DNA from: Meiothermus sp.
GTDB taxonomy: Bacteria; Deinococcota; Deinococci; Deinococcales; Thermaceae
Direction: 5' to 3'
Assembly: GCA_033762915.1 (NCBI GenBank)
Contig: JANRLD010000015.1
Span: forward strand, 21,432 to 85,431
DNA length: 64,000 nucleotides
The notes beneath the pieces are model-generated. The model ran no database searches, had not been told where the DNA came from, and saw only the letters and a program-made list of their open reading frames with translations. Position numbers and translations under genes: made by a program. Below, in pieces: positions 61,781-64,000 of this stretch. Position 1 is the stretch's first letter, and the number at the start of each line of letters is the position of its first letter.

Positions 61781-63262
61781 TTAGTCCGCCGCCGACTCCT
61801 CGACCTGCCGCGCGGCGCCGCGCTCGAGAAACCGCCGCACCTTTTCCATCGCGGGCCGCTTGTCGTAGATGCTGTAGAGGGCCTGCTGGGTACGTACTGG
61901 GTCACCGAAGAAGAAGCGCTCGTAGAGGGTCTGGCGCGCCCCAAAGGAGCTGATGGTCATGTCCCAGGCCAGCCGCATTAACTGTACCTTGTCTTCCGCT
62001 CCCACGCTGGCACCCTGAAGATACTTCCGCAGGTGGTCGCCCATCGGACCGGCGAAGTCGGACTGGGTGGGGATCATGATCAGGCCGGAGGCGGCCAACA
62101 GCTGCAGGATCTCGACCAGCTTGGGATAAACCTGCGGGTAAAGGTTGCGGGCGGCATCCAGGGGAGCCCTGGCCGGTGTGAAGGTGCCCCAGCGGTCCAG
62201 GCCGCCGTTGTCCTCGGCGGACTGCTTGAGGGCCTTCATGACCTCGAGCTGGATGATGATCTCGGCGATCTTGCCCTGCACGTGCTGGAATTCGCCGGCC
62301 CCGATGGCGTCCACCACGCTCTGGGAAACTCCCAGGATGGCCTCGGTTTTGGCCACCTTGCCGCAGATCACCTGATGGGCCATGTGCAGCACTGCACCGG
62401 TTTCGGCGTAGGCCCGGTTGCACTTCTTCACATCGCCCAGTAGGAATACCCTCTCCCACGGCACCAGAACGTCGTCAAAAATCACCATCGCGTCGAACTC
62501 TTCAAATCGGCTCGAGAGCGGATGGTCCCAGGCCCCCAGCCCGCTGTGATCCATGGCCTCGCGGCACTGGAAGTGGACCCCTGGGGTGTTGGTAGGCACC
62601 GCAAAGGCCAAGGCGTAGGGAGCCATGTCTTCCTGCTCCTTAAGCACCGTGGAAGGAAAGATAAGAATCTCGTCGGCGATCGGCAGGGTTGCCATCATCC
62701 GCGCCCCACGCACCACGATGCCGCGCCCGTCTTGCGAGACCACCCCCAGCGCAATATAGGGGTCCTTGAGCCCGGCGGCGTTGGTGGAGCGGTTGACCTG
62801 GGGGTTAGTGAGGGCGTGGGTGAGTACCAGGTCGTTCTCGCGCACCGTCTCGTAGTAGCGGCGGATGTTCTCGCCGAAGCGGGGGTCGTTCTCGGAGAAG
62901 TAGTCGGCAGCGTTGGCGGCTGCCATCAGGTTGACGTTCATGTAATCGGGCAGCCGCCCAAGGAAGCCCAGGCAGTAGTCGGACCAGGCGCTGTGCATGG
63001 CGGCGCGGCGCTTGAGGTCCTCGAGGCTTCGGGTCTGGAGGAAGCTCAAGCCCACTCGAGAGCCGGAGATGGGGGAGACATAAGTCAGGATGTCGCGGTA
63101 CTTTGGGTCATGCTGCATATCTAGCAGCTCGGCCATGGTCTGGGCCATGCCCCGGGTGGCGGGGTGGGTGGTGGGGTCTTGCACCTTCTGCCCGTGCACC
63201 CAGAGGTTGGGCGGGTTGGTGCGGAGTTGCTCGAGAAACTGCTGGCCGGTTCTGGCTCCCAT
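61781..63262 (-). CDS. hpaB: 4-hydroxyphenylacetate 3-monooxygenase, oxygenase component
   Basis: [48 protein letters not shown]. Confidence 0.95.
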   Translation of the reverse strand: MGARTGQQFLEQLRTNPPNLWVHGQKVQDPTTHPATRGMAQTMAELLDMQHDPKYRDILTYVSPISGSRVGLSFLQTRSLEDLKRRAAMHSAWSDYCLGFLGRLPDYMNVNLMAAANAADYFSENDPRFGENIRRYYETVRENDLVLTHALTNPQVNRSTNAAGLKDPYIALGVVSQDGRGIVVRGARMMATLPIADEILIFPSTVLKEQEDMAPYALAFAVPTNTPGVHFQCREAMDHSGLGAWDHPLSSRFEEFDAMVIFDDVLVPWERVFLLGDVKKCNRAYAETGAVLHMAHQVICGKVAKTEAILGVSQSVVDAIGAGEFQHVQGKIAEIIIQLEVMKALKQSAEDNGGLDRWGTFTPARAPLDAARNLYPQVYPKLVEILQLLAASGLIMIPTQSDFAGPMGDHLRKYLQGASVGAEDKVQLMRLAWDMTISSFGARQTLYERFFFGDPVRTQQALYSIYDKRPAMEKVRRFLERGAARQVEESAAD

Positions 63263-63269
63263 GTTTACC

Positions 63270-64000
63270 TCACTTCCCGAACTTCGGAATGTGGTGCTCC
63301 GTCAGCGGGACGGCGATGTGCTTGAGCTCGGTATAGAACTCGAGCGAATGCTCCCCGCCTTCCCTATGCGTCCCCGAGAACTTGACCCCGCCAAAGGGCG
63401 TGGGCAGGTGCCGCACGTTGTGCGAGTTGATCCAGGTCATGCCCGCCTCGAGATGCAGCGCCATGCGGTGCGCCTTCGAGACATCTCTAGTCCAGATATA
63501 TGAGGCCAGCCCGTACTTGGAGTCGTTGGCCTTCTCGAGGGCTTCGTCTTCGGTTTTGAAGGGAATGGCAGCCAGAATGGGGCCAAAGATTTCCTCCTGG
63601 GCAATGCGGTGGTGGTTCTCGGCCACGAACAACCCAGGCCGTACGTAGTTGCCTTCTGTTCCCACTTGTTCCCCGCCAAAGATGTGCCTGGATTCCTGCT
63701 TGCCAATCTCTACGTACCCCAGCACGCGCTCTAAGTGCTCGGGGTGAATCAGCGGCCCCACTTCGGTGTCGGGGTCGAGGGGGTGGCCCACCTTGACCTT
63801 GGCGGCCCTTTCAGCTACCCGATTTACAAACTCGTCAAAGATAGATTCCTGTACCAAGGCCCGACTATTCGCCGTGCAGCGCTCGCCGTTGAAGCTGTAT
63901 ATCTGAAACACCGTGGCATCCACGGCGCGCTCGAGGTCGGCATCGTCGAATATCACGGCGGGGGACTTGCCGCCTAGCTCGAGGCTCAATCGCTTGAGCA
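63270..64000 (-). CDS. hpaE: 5-carboxymethyl-2-hydroxymuconate semialdehyde dehydrogenase, 5' end outside window
   Basis: [44 protein letters not shown]. Confidence 0.92.
   Translation of the reverse strand, partial: LKRLSLELGGKSPAVIFDDADLERAVDATVFQIYSFNGERCTANSRALVQESIFDEFVNRVAERAAKVKVGHPLDPDTEVGPLIHPEHLERVLGYVEIGKQESRHIFGGEQVGTEGNYVRPGLFVAENHHRIAQEEIFGPILAAIPFKTEDEALEKANDSKYGLASYIWTRDVSKAHRMALHLEAGMTWINSHNVRHLPTPFGGVKFSGTHREGGEHSLEFYTELKHIAVPLTEHHIPKFGK

Overview
GC-rich chromosomal window from a Deinococcus-Thermus bacterium, most likely Thermaceae (Meiothermus/Calidithermus-like). Grounds: a DdrO orthologue, Thermus-type hpa genes, many leaderless genes and very dense CTCGAG palindromes. 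About 67 CDSs are supported; I found no rRNA, tRNA, CRISPR array or intact mobile element. In order: an IclR-linked betaine/His-type ABC transporter with ALDH, Fe-ADH and an enolase-superfamily enzyme; a TPR protein; acyl-CoA dehydrogenase-etfBA; a PadR-linked QueG/RdhA-like-SCP2 fusion plus SDR; clpS/clpA; a VOC/DinB/BNR/MoaD array; ddrO with a divergent two-gene operon; a degenerate LDH-like gene plus class II aldolase; trmD; a purine-catabolic cluster; YafY/SDR; an AlkA-fold gene, ddl, a queF-like gene and coaE; an IclR-Dpp-GATase-like/M19/nitroreductase/peptidase operon; and hpaE-B-C-D. Main leads: (i) a candidate DdrO (radiation/desiccation) regulon visible in the DNA, with RDRM-like 17-mers at ddrO, at a divergent unknown operon and over the start of an AlkA-fold gene that appears to lack its catalytic Asp; (ii) two more intact ORFs with replaced catalytic residues (LDH-like, QueF-like); (iii) an uncharacterised putative B12/Fe-S reductase-SCP2 fusion with three PadR-type boxes. 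All calls are by-eye motif recognition; no searches were run.
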